Origin: Clostridia bacterium
Lineage (GTDB): Bacteria; Bacillota; Clostridia; TANB77; CAG-508
DNA length: 64,000 nt
Direction: 5' to 3'
Assembly: GCA_051891195.1 (NCBI GenBank)
Contig: JBJFEZ010000008.1
Span: 340 to 64,339, forward strand
A program made the translations under genes and the position numbers. The notes beneath the pieces are model-generated. The model worked only from the letters and a program-made list of their open reading frames with translations, was not told where the DNA came from and ran no database searches. Below are positions 45,528 to 56,079 of this stretch, piece by piece; position 1 is the first letter of the stretch, and each line of letters starts with the position of its first letter.

Positions 45528-46787
45528 TTATTCTGTTCCTAAAATGATAGTAATGTTTGTATCTGCTTCTTCCCCTGTTGATATGTTTTGTGTTTCTATT
45601 AATAGCTTCAATTCTTCGTTAACTGCATTTTCAACATTTCCTCTATTAATAATTAGACTTTCCCCTACATTTGATGTTGTAGATGTTGTAACATTAGTAT
45701 ATCCTGCTTTTTCTAATCTATTTTTTATTCTTTCTAGTCTAATTTCGCTTCCACTTCCATTTAAAACTTCTATTTTTATTGAAGCTTTGTCTATTCCTGT
45801 AGTGTCTATACCACTTGTGTCTATTTCTTTGTCTTGTAGTTCTGGATTTAAAAAGATTTCATCAATTAATTTTTTTGTTTCATTTGAATAAGCCTCGTAT
45901 ACCCACACATCATTAGCATAAACTGATTCTCCTGGTAAATATTCTGTTCTTAAATGATCTGTGTTAAATTCTACTATGTATGGAACATAGTCTTTAATTG
46001 TGTCAAAGCTCATATTAGTTTCAACATATTGCTCAGCAATACTTATAAATTCATTTATTTTTAAAATATTTTCTACTTTTAATGTTTGTTTTGCTACAGC
46101 TTTTAAGAATTCTCTTTGTGTTCTTGTTCTTCCAAGATCCTCCATTCCATATTCGTATGAATATGTTGAACCATCATTGTTGTGTCTAAATCTAACTAAT
46201 TGTTCAGCTTTATCTCCATCTAATACTTGAACTCCTGCTTTTAAATTTATATGTAAGTTTTGTTTGCTAGAATCATATTTCATATCAATAGGCACATTAA
46301 ATGTTACTCCACCTATTGCGTCTACTAATGCTTTGAATGCTGCTGTATCAACTTTTATATAGTATTTTATATCTAATCCGGTTAATTCGTTTATTTCTTT
46401 TAAAACATTTTCTGCACCTGTTTGATATACTGCATTTATCTTGTCCCAGGCAGTTGCTTTGTTTATGTCATACCCAATAAATGTGTCTCTTGGTATTGAT
46501 AAAATAGATGCTTGCTGTTTTTGAGGATCATATTCTGCTACCATTATTGTATCTGTTAAGTTTTGGCTTTGTCCTAATAATACACAATAAATTTTAGGTA
46601 AACTTTTTAAAGTTTCTTCGTTATGCCCAATAGCTGTTGCTAAAATTCCTTTAAGTCCTCCTCCATTTTTATGTACTTTATATGCAAATATTCCCACTAC
46701 TATTAATAGCATTAAAACTAGTACTAATAGTATTTTTCTACCTATTTTTCTTTTTTTCTTTTTTTCTTTTTCCTTCAATTTTTTCAC
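45528..46787 (-). CDS. LytR-CpsA-Psr (LCP) family protein
   Basis: N-terminal TM. NLTDTIMVAEYDPQKQQASILSIPRDT. Confidence 0.8.
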   Translation of the reverse strand: MKKLKEKEKKKKRKIGRKILLVLVLMLLIVVGIFAYKVHKNGGGLKGILATAIGHNEETLKSLPKIYCVLLGQSQNLTDTIMVAEYDPQKQQASILSIPRDTFIGYDINKATAWDKINAVYQTGAENVLKEINELTGLDIKYYIKVDTAAFKALVDAIGGVTFNVPIDMKYDSSKQNLHINLKAGVQVLDGDKAEQLVRFRHNNDGSTYSYEYGMEDLGRTRTQREFLKAVAKQTLKVENILKINEFISIAEQYVETNMSFDTIKDYVPYIVEFNTDHLRTEYLPGESVYANDVWVYEAYSNETKKLIDEIFLNPELQDKEIDTSGIDTTGIDKASIKIEVLNGSGSEIRLERIKNRLEKAGYTNVTTSTTSNVGESLIINRGNVENAVNEELKLLIETQNISTGEEADTNITIILGTE

Positions 46788-46857
46788 CTGTTTTCTTATT
46801 TATTATGAGTATTAGTATAACAAAAATCTTGTCAAATGACAAGATTTTTACATTAAT

Positions 46858-47520
46858 TTAAAATATTATTTTTAGTAGTAAATTGTTATCATACATCATA
46901 CTTCCTATGAATGATTTCTTTATACCTTCTATTATGCCAGTTCCGTCCATCATTGGGCTAAATAATGAAATTATTGCAAATATTATATATATAATTATTA
47001 GTGATTGTAATAGTCCAAATAATATTCCTCCTAATTTATCAAATTGTTTTATTACAGGTAATTTTGTTAATAAGTTTGCTAGTCCTTTTATGAATAATAA
47101 AATTATTTTACTAATTATAAATAATACTATTGCTACTGCTACATTTATAATAGTAACAGATATGTCTCTTGCAGTAGCATCTATAATGGCATTTTTTGCT
47201 TCGTTTCCTGCATTTTCTACTGCTTCATTTATGTAGTTCATCATTACATCTGGCATACTTTGTTTTGTTTGTTCTTTATCCTCTTTAGGTGTTTCTTCTT
47301 GTTCTAAAATACTCTGTCTTATAGCTTGCTCTAGGTTTTCATCCCAATTAGTATTATCAATTACAAAGTTTGAAACTGGTTTAAATAAAATAAATGCTAT
47401 TATTAATGCTAATACAAATGATACTATTTTTAGTAATGATCCTGTTAATCCTTTACGATATCCTAATAAAATACATAATGCAATAATTGCAACTATTACT
47501 AAATCAATTATTATACTCAT
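46858..47520 (-). CDS. cvpA: CvpA-family membrane protein
   Basis: MSIIIDLVIVAIIALCILLGYRKGL.. polytopic protein. Confidence 0.65.
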   Translation of the reverse strand: MSIIIDLVIVAIIALCILLGYRKGLTGSLLKIVSFVLALIIAFILFKPVSNFVIDNTNWDENLEQAIRQSILEQEETPKEDKEQTKQSMPDVMMNYINEAVENAGNEAKNAIIDATARDISVTIINVAVAIVLFIISKIILLFIKGLANLLTKLPVIKQFDKLGGILFGLLQSLIIIYIIFAIISLFSPMMDGTGIIEGIKKSFIGSMMYDNNLLLKIIF

Positions 47521-47534
47521 ATAAATCCCTCTTT

Positions 47535-48728
47535 CTATAAATTAATTAATTCTATTTTGTCTCTATATACTATACCAGCAACTCCATCTCCAAGTACAAT
47601 GTTTTTTATTACTTGTGATGAATAATATCTTTTTACTAGCCATCCGCTTGTATTAACAAAATCAACTTCATTTCCTAAGTTAAAAGCCATTATGTTATTA
47701 CTGCAATCTACACTTTTTACTACTTCTTCAACAGTGTATACTGTTTCTTTATCATTACTAATGTTTTTTAGTTCAACTACTGTATCTGCACTAAAAATTC
47801 CTGTAGATTTTTCATATGTACGAAATATGTAATCATTTAATTCTATGTCTGCAAATGTAATTTTATTAATTTCTTCATTTAAACTTAATATTTCATAGCT
47901 CTGTCCATTATTTATTTTATAAATACTATCATCATACATACAAATTAAGTTGTCTTTATTTTGATATTTTATTTTTAAAACCAATTGATTTTTTAATGCA
48001 TTATAAATATATTTTGGTTCCACATCTGTTTTTGTAGCTTCTTTAATTGACATTATTTTTATATTAGACTGTATTGCAGTTCCTGAATAATTGATTTCTG
48101 CATAAGCTAAATTGCTGTTATCTGGCGAAATGCAAGCATCTATTGCTATTGTATTTGATAAATAATTTTTAAATAATTCATTACCTTTTTCATCATATGT
48201 AATAATAACTGATTTATGTGTTGTTCCTGTTACTATTGCGCATACATATCCGTTTTTATTAACAGTTACTCTACTTAAATTTCCGTCTATACTTTTTTCC
48301 CAAATTATATGATCTTCAGATATTAAATATAACTTTTGATTATCTTTTTCACCAATAACTAGATATTTATTTTCAGTATCATAAATTGGATTGTTAATTT
48401 CTATTTTAACTTCTTTTTCCTTTTTTCCTGATGAGTTGTATTGAGATAATGTGTTTTCAGCTAGTATGCAAATATATTTATTATATGGAATAATGTTTAT
48501 ATTAGAATCATAATCTATTTCAATCATAGGTATATTTTCTTCTGTGACATTTTTGCGAAAAATATATTTATCCATAAAATTTCTAAAGTTTTTATTTCCA
48601 TTATATAAAATAATAGTAACCACAAGTAATATTGCAAGTATACTTATTGCAATTATTACACCAATCTTTTTTTTATTTATTTTTTTGTTCTGCTTAAATT
48701 CTATTACTTTTTTCATATTTAATCGCAT
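47535..48728 (-). CDS. membrane-anchored hypothetical protein (397 aa)
   Basis: Single N-terminal TM and a beta-rich ectodomain. Confidence 0.5.
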   Translation of the reverse strand: MRLNMKKVIEFKQNKKINKKKIGVIIAISILAILLVVTIILYNGNKNFRNFMDKYIFRKNVTEENIPMIEIDYDSNINIIPYNKYICILAENTLSQYNSSGKKEKEVKIEINNPIYDTENKYLVIGEKDNQKLYLISEDHIIWEKSIDGNLSRVTVNKNGYVCAIVTGTTHKSVIITYDEKGNELFKNYLSNTIAIDACISPDNSNLAYAEINYSGTAIQSNIKIMSIKEATKTDVEPKYIYNALKNQLVLKIKYQNKDNLICMYDDSIYKINNGQSYEILSLNEEINKITFADIELNDYIFRTYEKSTGIFSADTVVELKNISNDKETVYTVEEVVKSVDCSNNIMAFNLGNEVDFVNTSGWLVKRYYSSQVIKNIVLGDGVAGIVYRDKIELINL

Positions 48729-48823
48729 TCCTTTTTTAGTTACAAATCTTTTTTAATTTGTATTTAATATATAATACTTTTAGCTAAAATACAAGTATTT
48801 TAAGTTTAAAAAACATTGTAAAA

Positions 48824-49846
48824 TTATTTTACTTTAAGAATACTATAAATTTGCGCAAGTCCTAATATTCCAAAAATAGGGTACAATAAGTTAACTAATT
48901 TAGAAAATCCTAATGGTGCAATTAATATAGATGAAAAGCAAATTAAGAACATAGTTTTTTTGTATTTCTCTTGAGTTACATTTTTTAAAAATCCATACCC
49001 TGATGCTATTGCTGAAGTAAATATAGCAATAAGTATAACTATTCCATAAATTATAGGATACATATTTCCAAACTCTTTTGTAATTAGTATCATTGGTAAT
49101 TCAATATTTTGAACATATCCGCTTCCTCTTAAAAGCAATAAAAATAAGCAAATTCCAAGTGTAGATAATATAACACTACATAATATACTAGATTGTTTAA
49201 TTTTATTTTTTATGTTCATATGGTTTGGCATATCTATTAAAATTGGAATTAATAAAATACTGTTATAACTTGCATATAAAATACTACTAAATAGCCAACC
49301 AAAATTATATGTAATTGTATTATTTTCAAAGTATTTAACTGTAAATGGTATGTTTTTTATTCCCAAATATACTATAAATACTGCTAAAAATGGAATAAGA
49401 ATAGCATTTATTGAAACAATTCCTTTTGTGTCATTTATAAATGTAATGTAGCAAAGCACTGCTATAATTATTGCCGTTATATATATTGAAACTCCAAATT
49501 CTTGTTTGAAATATGCACAAAATCCGGCTATCATAATATAAAACGAAATTAACAAAAAGCATTGTATTATTATTTTTATAATTTTATTTATTTTTTTATT
49601 TGGATTTAATACCGCTAAAAATTCAGAATATGTGTGTACAGATTTATTTTCTACAATAGAAATAACTTTATAAATAATTACTCCTGTTAATAGGCACGAT
49701 ACTATCATACCTATAATACCTGTTGTTCCATAACTATTAAAAAACAAGTAAATTTCTTGTCCTGATGCAAACCCTGCACCAATTATACTTCCTATTATTA
49801 CAAAAACTATTTTTAATGTATTTTTCATAATTAAAAACTCCCTCAT
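48824..49846 (-). CDS. YkvI-family membrane protein
   Basis: IGSIIGAGFASGQEIYLFF. About 10 TM helices. Confidence 0.65.
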   Translation of the reverse strand: MREFLIMKNTLKIVFVIIGSIIGAGFASGQEIYLFFNSYGTTGIIGMIVSCLLTGVIIYKVISIVENKSVHTYSEFLAVLNPNKKINKIIKIIIQCFLLISFYIMIAGFCAYFKQEFGVSIYITAIIIAVLCYITFINDTKGIVSINAILIPFLAVFIVYLGIKNIPFTVKYFENNTITYNFGWLFSSILYASYNSILLIPILIDMPNHMNIKNKIKQSSILCSVILSTLGICLFLLLLRGSGYVQNIELPMILITKEFGNMYPIIYGIVILIAIFTSAIASGYGFLKNVTQEKYKKTMFLICFSSILIAPLGFSKLVNLLYPIFGILGLAQIYSILKVK

Positions 49847-49871
49847 AATATATATGAGAGAGTTTTTAATT

Positions 49872-51323
49872 TTATTTCTTTCTTCTTCTAACTTGCCATA
49901 TTACAATTCCTAAAATTATAATTGCTAATGGAATAGCATATATAATTATTGTAACAATTCTTTCTTGTAATGCAGTAACATCATAAGTAGTAACTGCTTG
50001 TGGAGTTTTACGAATTGTAATGTTTTCTTCTCTTCCTGTTAAATATGACACTGAATTTAGTATAATATCTTCATTGTTATATGCATTAATAGCATACATA
50101 TAATATTGTGAACTTATTGGTATTTGTGTATTTGTAGCAAAAACAGTATTAGCAAATACTATAAGTTTAGATGATTTTTCTTCGTCTATAGTTTTTGTAA
50201 GCATTGCTGCAATTATATTATTTGCTGCATCCTCATCAGTTTTTATTTTACTTAAACTATTTGAAGTTAAGTCTGTACGATAAAACGCTTTATCACTTAC
50301 AGTTGCTATTGTTTGTAATGTAACATTTTTTGCTTTTAAATCTTCTGTTGATGCAAAACTTAGCTTACCTGCATTTAACATACATACATTTAATTCCATA
50401 TTAACATTTTTTATAATCTCTGAATCACTATTAACTTTTGCAATTATAAAGTTTGGTGCTCCAGATATCATATTGTTGCTACTTCCTTCAATAATAATTC
50501 CTTCTGAGTTAGTAATTCCGTATTCATCTAATACTTTTTGGAAGTTTGGTGTTTTTACTTTGTTTAAATTTGGATCTAATAATAGTAAAATTTCTCCACC
50601 TTTGTTAATATATTTTAGAATTTCATCTTTTTCTTTTTCTGTGATATCTTCTTTTAGTGCTGTTAATACTAATAATTTACAGTCTTCTGGTACACTTCCT
50701 GTTTTTAATAAATCAATATATTCAACTTCGTTTGCTTCTGAAGTTAAGCATTCTTCCAAATAATTAAAATATGTGTTAGGATACAAATTATGTCCTGTTA
50801 AGAAACTTATTTTAGGTTTTACGTTTGTAGTAACATCTAATATAGCATTAGTCATAGCTTCTTCTGTGATGTCTATTTCTTTTCCTGTTGTATAATTATA
50901 TGTGTATAAATTGTATTCATATAATATTTTTGTTTTGGTTTCACTTTGTATTGCAATAAATGAAGTAGTATCTTCTAAGCCATATTCTGTTTTCCATTCA
51001 GTTTTAGAGTTTAAATTTTCTAGTTTTTCTACTTTAATGTTTTTATTTAGTGCAGCATACTTATTTGCAAAATCATTTACATATTCATACATATTATATA
51101 CTGTAATTGTAACAGTTTGATTTAAATCTTTAAGTTTATCTTTAGTAGCTTGTGATATAGAATATATTTTATCTTCTGTAAAGTCTAAATCTGTTATATT
51201 AGCTTTTTTTACTAAATAGCTAATTCCTAAGTATGCACATATTATAATGGCAAATAATAAAATTGTTAATACTATACTTCTTAGCCATTTCTTTTTTATA
51301 ATTTCTATAAATTTCTTTCCCAT
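49872..51323 (-). CDS. GldG-like ABC-transport auxiliary protein
   Basis: N- and C-terminal TM helices. Lies next to an ABC-2 permease and ATPase. Confidence 0.6.
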   Translation of the reverse strand: MGKKFIEIIKKKWLRSIVLTILLFAIIICAYLGISYLVKKANITDLDFTEDKIYSISQATKDKLKDLNQTVTITVYNMYEYVNDFANKYAALNKNIKVEKLENLNSKTEWKTEYGLEDTTSFIAIQSETKTKILYEYNLYTYNYTTGKEIDITEEAMTNAILDVTTNVKPKISFLTGHNLYPNTYFNYLEECLTSEANEVEYIDLLKTGSVPEDCKLLVLTALKEDITEKEKDEILKYINKGGEILLLLDPNLNKVKTPNFQKVLDEYGITNSEGIIIEGSSNNMISGAPNFIIAKVNSDSEIIKNVNMELNVCMLNAGKLSFASTEDLKAKNVTLQTIATVSDKAFYRTDLTSNSLSKIKTDEDAANNIIAAMLTKTIDEEKSSKLIVFANTVFATNTQIPISSQYYMYAINAYNNEDIILNSVSYLTGREENITIRKTPQAVTTYDVTALQERIVTIIIYAIPLAIIILGIVIWQVRRRKK

Positions 51324-51342
51324 TTTTCATTTTCCTTTCCTA

Positions 51343-52026
51343 TTATTTTATTGATTTTTTTCTTTGCATAATAATTATTGTAAATAAAATAAATACTACT
51401 GCTAATCCCAATAAATTAGTAACTTCTGTCATTGATATAAGTCCTGCTGGGAATTTTTGATAGTTACTCATTAAATTAATAATAGAAAATTTATCACTAA
51501 TATTTGGTAGAAACCAAGAAACTACAAAAAATACTATTGTAATAACTGCTGATATAATTTGATTTTCTGTTAAGCTAGAAATAAACATACCTATTGCAAT
51601 AGCTGCCATAGCTACTAATAAAAATCCTAACATCATAACAAGTACTAGTACTATGTTTGGAGCTTTAAAAAAGCTTAAAATAGCATAATACACAAGTGAT
51701 ATTACTAATATTATAGCAATTAATGTAACTGCTGCAAAAAATTTGCCAAGTACTATTTGAGTAATGCTTTTTGGTGATGTTAAAAGTAATTGTTCTGTTC
51801 CATTTTTTCTTTCTTCTGCAAACATTCTCATCGTTATTATAGGAACAATAATTAATAGTCCATACATTGCTGTGTAAAAGTATAATGCCCCCATATCATA
51901 AGCTCTTGAACTAATTGTTGTTAGTGAAAAGAATAAACTAAATACTAACATAAATACTCCAATAGCTACGTAACCAATAGGAGATAGGAAATAACTTTTT
52001 AATTCTTTTTTATATATTGCAAACAT
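51343..52026 (-). CDS. ABC-2 type transporter permease
   Basis: 6-TM protein, translationally coupled to the ATPase. Confidence 0.7.
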   Translation of the reverse strand: MFAIYKKELKSYFLSPIGYVAIGVFMLVFSLFFSLTTISSRAYDMGALYFYTAMYGLLIIVPIITMRMFAEERKNGTEQLLLTSPKSITQIVLGKFFAAVTLIAIILVISLVYYAILSFFKAPNIVLVLVMMLGFLLVAMAAIAIGMFISSLTENQIISAVITIVFFVVSWFLPNISDKFSIINLMSNYQKFPAGLISMTEVTNLLGLAVVFILFTIIIMQRKKSIK

Positions 52027-53153
52027 TATTCTTTACCTCCTTTATTTTCTTTTTTATTTTGCTCTTTATTTTCTAACTTCTTTTTTGCTTTTTCTTCTTT
52101 CTTTTTTTCATATTGCTTTTTTTCTTCTGATTTTTGTTTGTTCTTTTCTTCTCTTTTTTCTAATTTTGTTTTAGATTTTTCCTTTTTCTTTTCTGGTTCT
52201 TGCTTTGTTTCTTCTTTTTGGTCAGAATTAATTAATTTTATAAAAGCATCTTCTAGGCTTGACTCACTCTTTTTAAGCTCTAAAATTGTAATTTCTTCTT
52301 TTGGTAGCACTTCAAATAAGCTCTTTCTTAGATCTACTTCTTGAGCTGAAGTAATAGAGTATTGTTTACTTCCATCTTGATTTTCTTTTAATAGTTTTAC
52401 CTCTTCTATTTGAGCTATTTTTTCTTTTATTGAATTCATATTTTCTTTTTTATCTTCAACTGTAACAATAATTGTGTTTTTCTCTTTTGTTTTATTCTCT
52501 AGGTTTTCAGGAGTATCTATTGCAATAATTTTTCCGTTATTTATAATAATTACTCTTTCACAAATTTGGCTTACTTCTGATAAAATATGGCTACTTAATA
52601 TTACAGTATGTTTTTTACCTAATTCTTTAATTAATGTTCTAATTTCTGTAATTTGTTTTGGGTCTAGTCCTACTGTTGGTTCATCTAATATAATTACATC
52701 AGGGTTACCAACTAATGCACCAGCCATGCTTACTCTTTGTTTATATCCCCTAGACAGATTTCTAATTAACTTATTTTGTACTTCTTTTAGTCCTGTTTCC
52801 TCTAGTATTTTTGGTACCATTTCTTTTCTTTCTTTTGACTTAACACCTTTTAATTCTGCCATATAATTAACAAATTCTTTAGCAGTTAATTCTGTATATA
52901 AAGGTACTCCTTCTGGCATATATCCAATTTGTTTTTTGGCTTTATTAGCTTTTTTTGAAATGTCATAACCATTAATAATAATTTGCCCCTCTGTAGGTTC
53001 AATAAAACCTGTTATCATATTCATAGTTGTGGTTTTTCCAGCTCCGTTTGGTCCTAAAAATCCAACTACTTCGCCATCTTTCACATCAAAGCTAATATTA
53101 TCAACAGCTTTAATGTTAGAATATTTTTTTGTGACGTTTTTAACTTCTATCAC
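52026..53153 (-). CDS. ABC transporter ATP-binding protein with a Lys/Glu-rich C-terminal tail
   Basis: Walker A GPNGAGKTT, signature LSRGYKQR, Walker B ILDEP. The last ~70 aa are K/E low-complexity. Confidence 0.85.
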   Translation of the reverse strand: MIEVKNVTKKYSNIKAVDNISFDVKDGEVVGFLGPNGAGKTTTMNMITGFIEPTEGQIIINGYDISKKANKAKKQIGYMPEGVPLYTELTAKEFVNYMAELKGVKSKERKEMVPKILEETGLKEVQNKLIRNLSRGYKQRVSMAGALVGNPDVIILDEPTVGLDPKQITEIRTLIKELGKKHTVILSSHILSEVSQICERVIIINNGKIIAIDTPENLENKTKEKNTIIVTVEDKKENMNSIKEKIAQIEEVKLLKENQDGSKQYSITSAQEVDLRKSLFEVLPKEEITILELKKSESSLEDAFIKLINSDQKEETKQEPEKKKEKSKTKLEKREEKNKQKSEEKKQYEKKKEEKAKKKLENKEQNKKENKGGKE

Positions 53154-53298
53154 ACTAGATTCCTCCTCTTTCTTATTTCCGTATGTTTTTATACTTTGTA
53201 TATATTATCACTATATTAAATTTGTAGCAATGCTTTTAAAAATATTTCACATAGAATTTACATTTATGAATATATATTCAATTAAAGGAGAGCTTTAT

Positions 53299-53907
53299 AT
53301 GGACTTTATATATCCCTTTTTTATTGCATTTACAATGGTTTTTATAAGTGAACTTGGTGATAAAACACAGCTTTTAGTTTTGTCTTTTTCTGGAAAAGAT
53401 AAAACCTTTAAAATATTATTAGGCGTTGCTTTAGGTTCTCTTTTTAGTCACGGTATAGCTATTTTATTTGGTAGTACTGTTTCTTTACTTGAAAATTCTT
53501 TTTTGCAATTTATAATTGCATTTATAACATATTCTTCTTTTATATTAATGGGAATTCTTACTTTACTTCCTAAGAAAGAAAAATTATCAATGGAAGATAG
53601 TAAAAAGGAAAATTTTTTAAACAAAATTACAAGTTTAAAAATAAATTACTGTTTGTTAATAGCCTTTTGTATTGCTGTTGGTGAACTAGGTGACAAAACC
53701 TTTTTTGCTTCTATAGGGCTTGGCGTTCAATACCCTAATTTTAAATTTTCCTTAGTTTTAGGTGCAGTTTCAGCAATGGTTGTATGTGATTTTATTGCAA
53801 TTATTTTTGGAAAGTTTTTAAATAGATATATATCAGAAATAGCTATACAAAAATTATCAGGCATTTTATTCTTAATATTTGGTGTAATTGGATTCTTTTC
53901 AATGTAA
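53299..53907 (+). CDS. GDT1/TMEM165 (UPF0016) family cation transporter
   Basis: Two E-x-G-D-K-T motifs (ELGDKTQ, ELGDKTF). Start at ATG 53299 with RBS aaaggagag. Confidence 0.75.
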   Translation: MDFIYPFFIAFTMVFISELGDKTQLLVLSFSGKDKTFKILLGVALGSLFSHGIAILFGSTVSLLENSFLQFIIAFITYSSFILMGILTLLPKKEKLSMEDSKKENFLNKITSLKINYCLLIAFCIAVGELGDKTFFASIGLGVQYPNFKFSLVLGAVSAMVVCDFIAIIFGKFLNRYISEIAIQKLSGILFLIFGVIGFFSM

Positions 53908-53971
53908 ATTTTCTTTAAAATGTAGAAAAAAGTATAATTATGTTATATAATGTGTCTGAAAGGAAATATGT

Positions 53972-54691
53972 ATGGAAGAAAATAAACCTATAACAATTCA
54001 CCAAATATTTTGGTATTTTGTATTATTTAGTATTTTAGGACTAGCTATAGAAACTATTTATGGATTTATAACTATGGGAATTATTGAAAGTAGAAAAGGT
54101 TTAATATGGGGTCCTTTTTGTCCAGTATATGGAGTAGGCGGAGTCTTTTTAATTGTTCTTTTAAATAAAATAGACAGAAAAGATTTTTTAAAATTATTTA
54201 TTTATGGTTTTCTTATAGGTTCTGCTGTAGAATATATATTAAGTTATTCATTAGAGGCTATTTATGGAGCTAGATTTTGGGATTACGCATATACAGGAAA
54301 AGATATAAATGGTAGAATATGTGTGCTATATTCTTTGTTTTGGGGAGTTTTATCTATTTTTTTAATGCGTTTTGTAAAGCCTAGAACAGATAAATTGATT
54401 AATAGAATATCCAAAAATATAAAAGGATCTGTTGAAATAGCCTTAGCAATTTTTTTAGTAATAGATACCTTAGTAACAGTTTGGGCTATTAGCACATATG
54501 AAGATAGAGCTTTAAAAACATATTACAATGAACCAATAGTTTATTCTGAGGGTAATGGGTTTATAACTAATATAATGAATAAAATAGAAAATGAATATTT
54601 TACTAATGAACGTATGCAAAAAATATTTCCAAATTTAAGAGTAGAAACTAAAGATGGAAATCAAGTTTTATTAAGAGATCTTATTAAATAG
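53972..54691 (+). CDS. membrane protein (putative ABC-transporter type IV / PF06541-like)
   Basis: WGPFCPVYGVGGV motif. Polytopic. Confidence 0.5.
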   Translation: MEENKPITIHQIFWYFVLFSILGLAIETIYGFITMGIIESRKGLIWGPFCPVYGVGGVFLIVLLNKIDRKDFLKLFIYGFLIGSAVEYILSYSLEAIYGARFWDYAYTGKDINGRICVLYSLFWGVLSIFLMRFVKPRTDKLINRISKNIKGSVEIALAIFLVIDTLVTVWAISTYEDRALKTYYNEPIVYSEGNGFITNIMNKIENEYFTNERMQKIFPNLRVETKDGNQVLLRDLIK

Positions 54692-54728
54692 TTATTATTA
54701 AAAATGCCAGTCATAATGCCTAGCATTT

Positions 54729-55019
54729 TTATTGTGGTAATATAATTTTTGGGTCTTTTTTTCTTGGTTTATAAAGTGTTATTTTGTTTCCTACTTTTTG
54801 CACAAAAGCAGAATTAGTAGAAATTGCAATTTGTTCCCCTAAAATTTTTACATCTTCTGGTGCAGTTTCTAATACATTTATTTTTATTAATTCTCTTGCT
54901 TCTAATGCATTATTTAATTGTTTTATTATTTCTTCTGATAGTCCTGCTTTTCCAATTTGAAATATAGGATTAATTGAATTTGCTAAGCTTCTTAAATATG
55001 CTCTTTGTTTACTAGTCAT
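54729..55019 (-). CDS. yhbY: YhbY-like CRM-domain RNA-binding protein
   Basis: MTSKQRAYLRSLANSINPIFQIGKAGLSEEIIKQLNNALEARELIKI. Confidence 0.8.
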   Translation of the reverse strand: MTSKQRAYLRSLANSINPIFQIGKAGLSEEIIKQLNNALEARELIKINVLETAPEDVKILGEQIAISTNSAFVQKVGNKITLYKPRKKDPKIILPQ

Positions 55020-55143
55020 ATTATTGTTCCTCTTTCTTGTTTTTTTACTGTTATATTATATCACAAAAAAATTATTTATGGAATATTTTACTAAATATTT
55101 CACACAATTTATTATATTTAAATATAATTTACCAGGTGATTTT

Positions 55144-56079
55144 ATGCAAAAATATAGAAATTTCAATATTGTTCCTACAAATCAAGCTTATTATTATGAA
55201 CTTTTAATGCAAAATATCCAAAGTTTAAAAACAGCATATCCATTTTTAGAAACAGGCAACATAGGTTATAGCGTACTTGGAAAGCAACTTCCATACATAC
55301 GTATTGGTATAGGCAGTAAAAAAATTATGTATAATGCAGGTATGCACGCAAATGAATGGATTACTTGTGTATTACTTATGAAATTTGTAGAGAATTTTTG
55401 TAAAAGTTATGTAATGAACGGTAATATTTATGGAAAAAATGCACAAAGTTTATTTAATAATGTTTCTCTATACATTTTGCCTATGATGAATCCTGATGGC
55501 ATTGACTTAGTAAATGGTAGAGTTGATAAAAGTAGCAGTATATATAATAACTATTTAGCAATATCTAATAATTTTCCTAACGTGCCTTTTCCTAGCGGTT
55601 GGAAAACAAATTTTAATGGTGTGGATTTAAATTTACAGTTTCCAGCAGGATGGCTAGAAGCTAGAAGAATAAAATTTGAACAAGGTTACACTAAACCTGC
55701 ACCAAGAGATTTTGTTGGTAATGGTCCTTTAACTGAACCTGAAAGTTTAGCAATATATAACTTTACTTTAGAGAATCATTTTGCTCTTACTATTTCATAT
55801 CATACTCAAGGAAAAGAAATTTATTGGAATTTTCAAAATATAAATCCACCAAATGGGTATGAAATAGGAAGAATTTTTGCAAATATCAGTGGTTATTCTT
55901 TAACAAATGTACCATATAATTCTAGTTTTGCAGGTTATAAAGATTGGTTTATTCAAAATTACAATAGACCTGGTTATACTATAGAGGCAGGAATTGGCGA
56001 AAATCCTTTGCCTATCTATCAGTTTGAGCAAATTTATTCTGATAATGAGGGTATTTTGGTTTATGGTATGAGTATCTAA
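55144..56079 (+). CDS. M14-family peptidase (gamma-D-glutamyl-diamino acid endopeptidase-like)
   Basis: HANEWIT (HxxE) zinc motif. Start at ATG 55144 preferred. Confidence 0.65.
   Translation: MQKYRNFNIVPTNQAYYYELLMQNIQSLKTAYPFLETGNIGYSVLGKQLPYIRIGIGSKKIMYNAGMHANEWITCVLLMKFVENFCKSYVMNGNIYGKNAQSLFNNVSLYILPMMNPDGIDLVNGRVDKSSSIYNNYLAISNNFPNVPFPSGWKTNFNGVDLNLQFPAGWLEARRIKFEQGYTKPAPRDFVGNGPLTEPESLAIYNFTLENHFALTISYHTQGKEIYWNFQNINPPNGYEIGRIFANISGYSLTNVPYNSSFAGYKDWFIQNYNRPGYTIEAGIGENPLPIYQFEQIYSDNEGILVYGMSI

Noticed and set aside
53029-53298. N-terminal 90 codons of track ORF 53029..53907
   Set aside because: This extension is antisense to the ABC ATPase gene and crosses the promoter region. The conserved GDT1 protein starts at ATG 53299, which has a good RBS.
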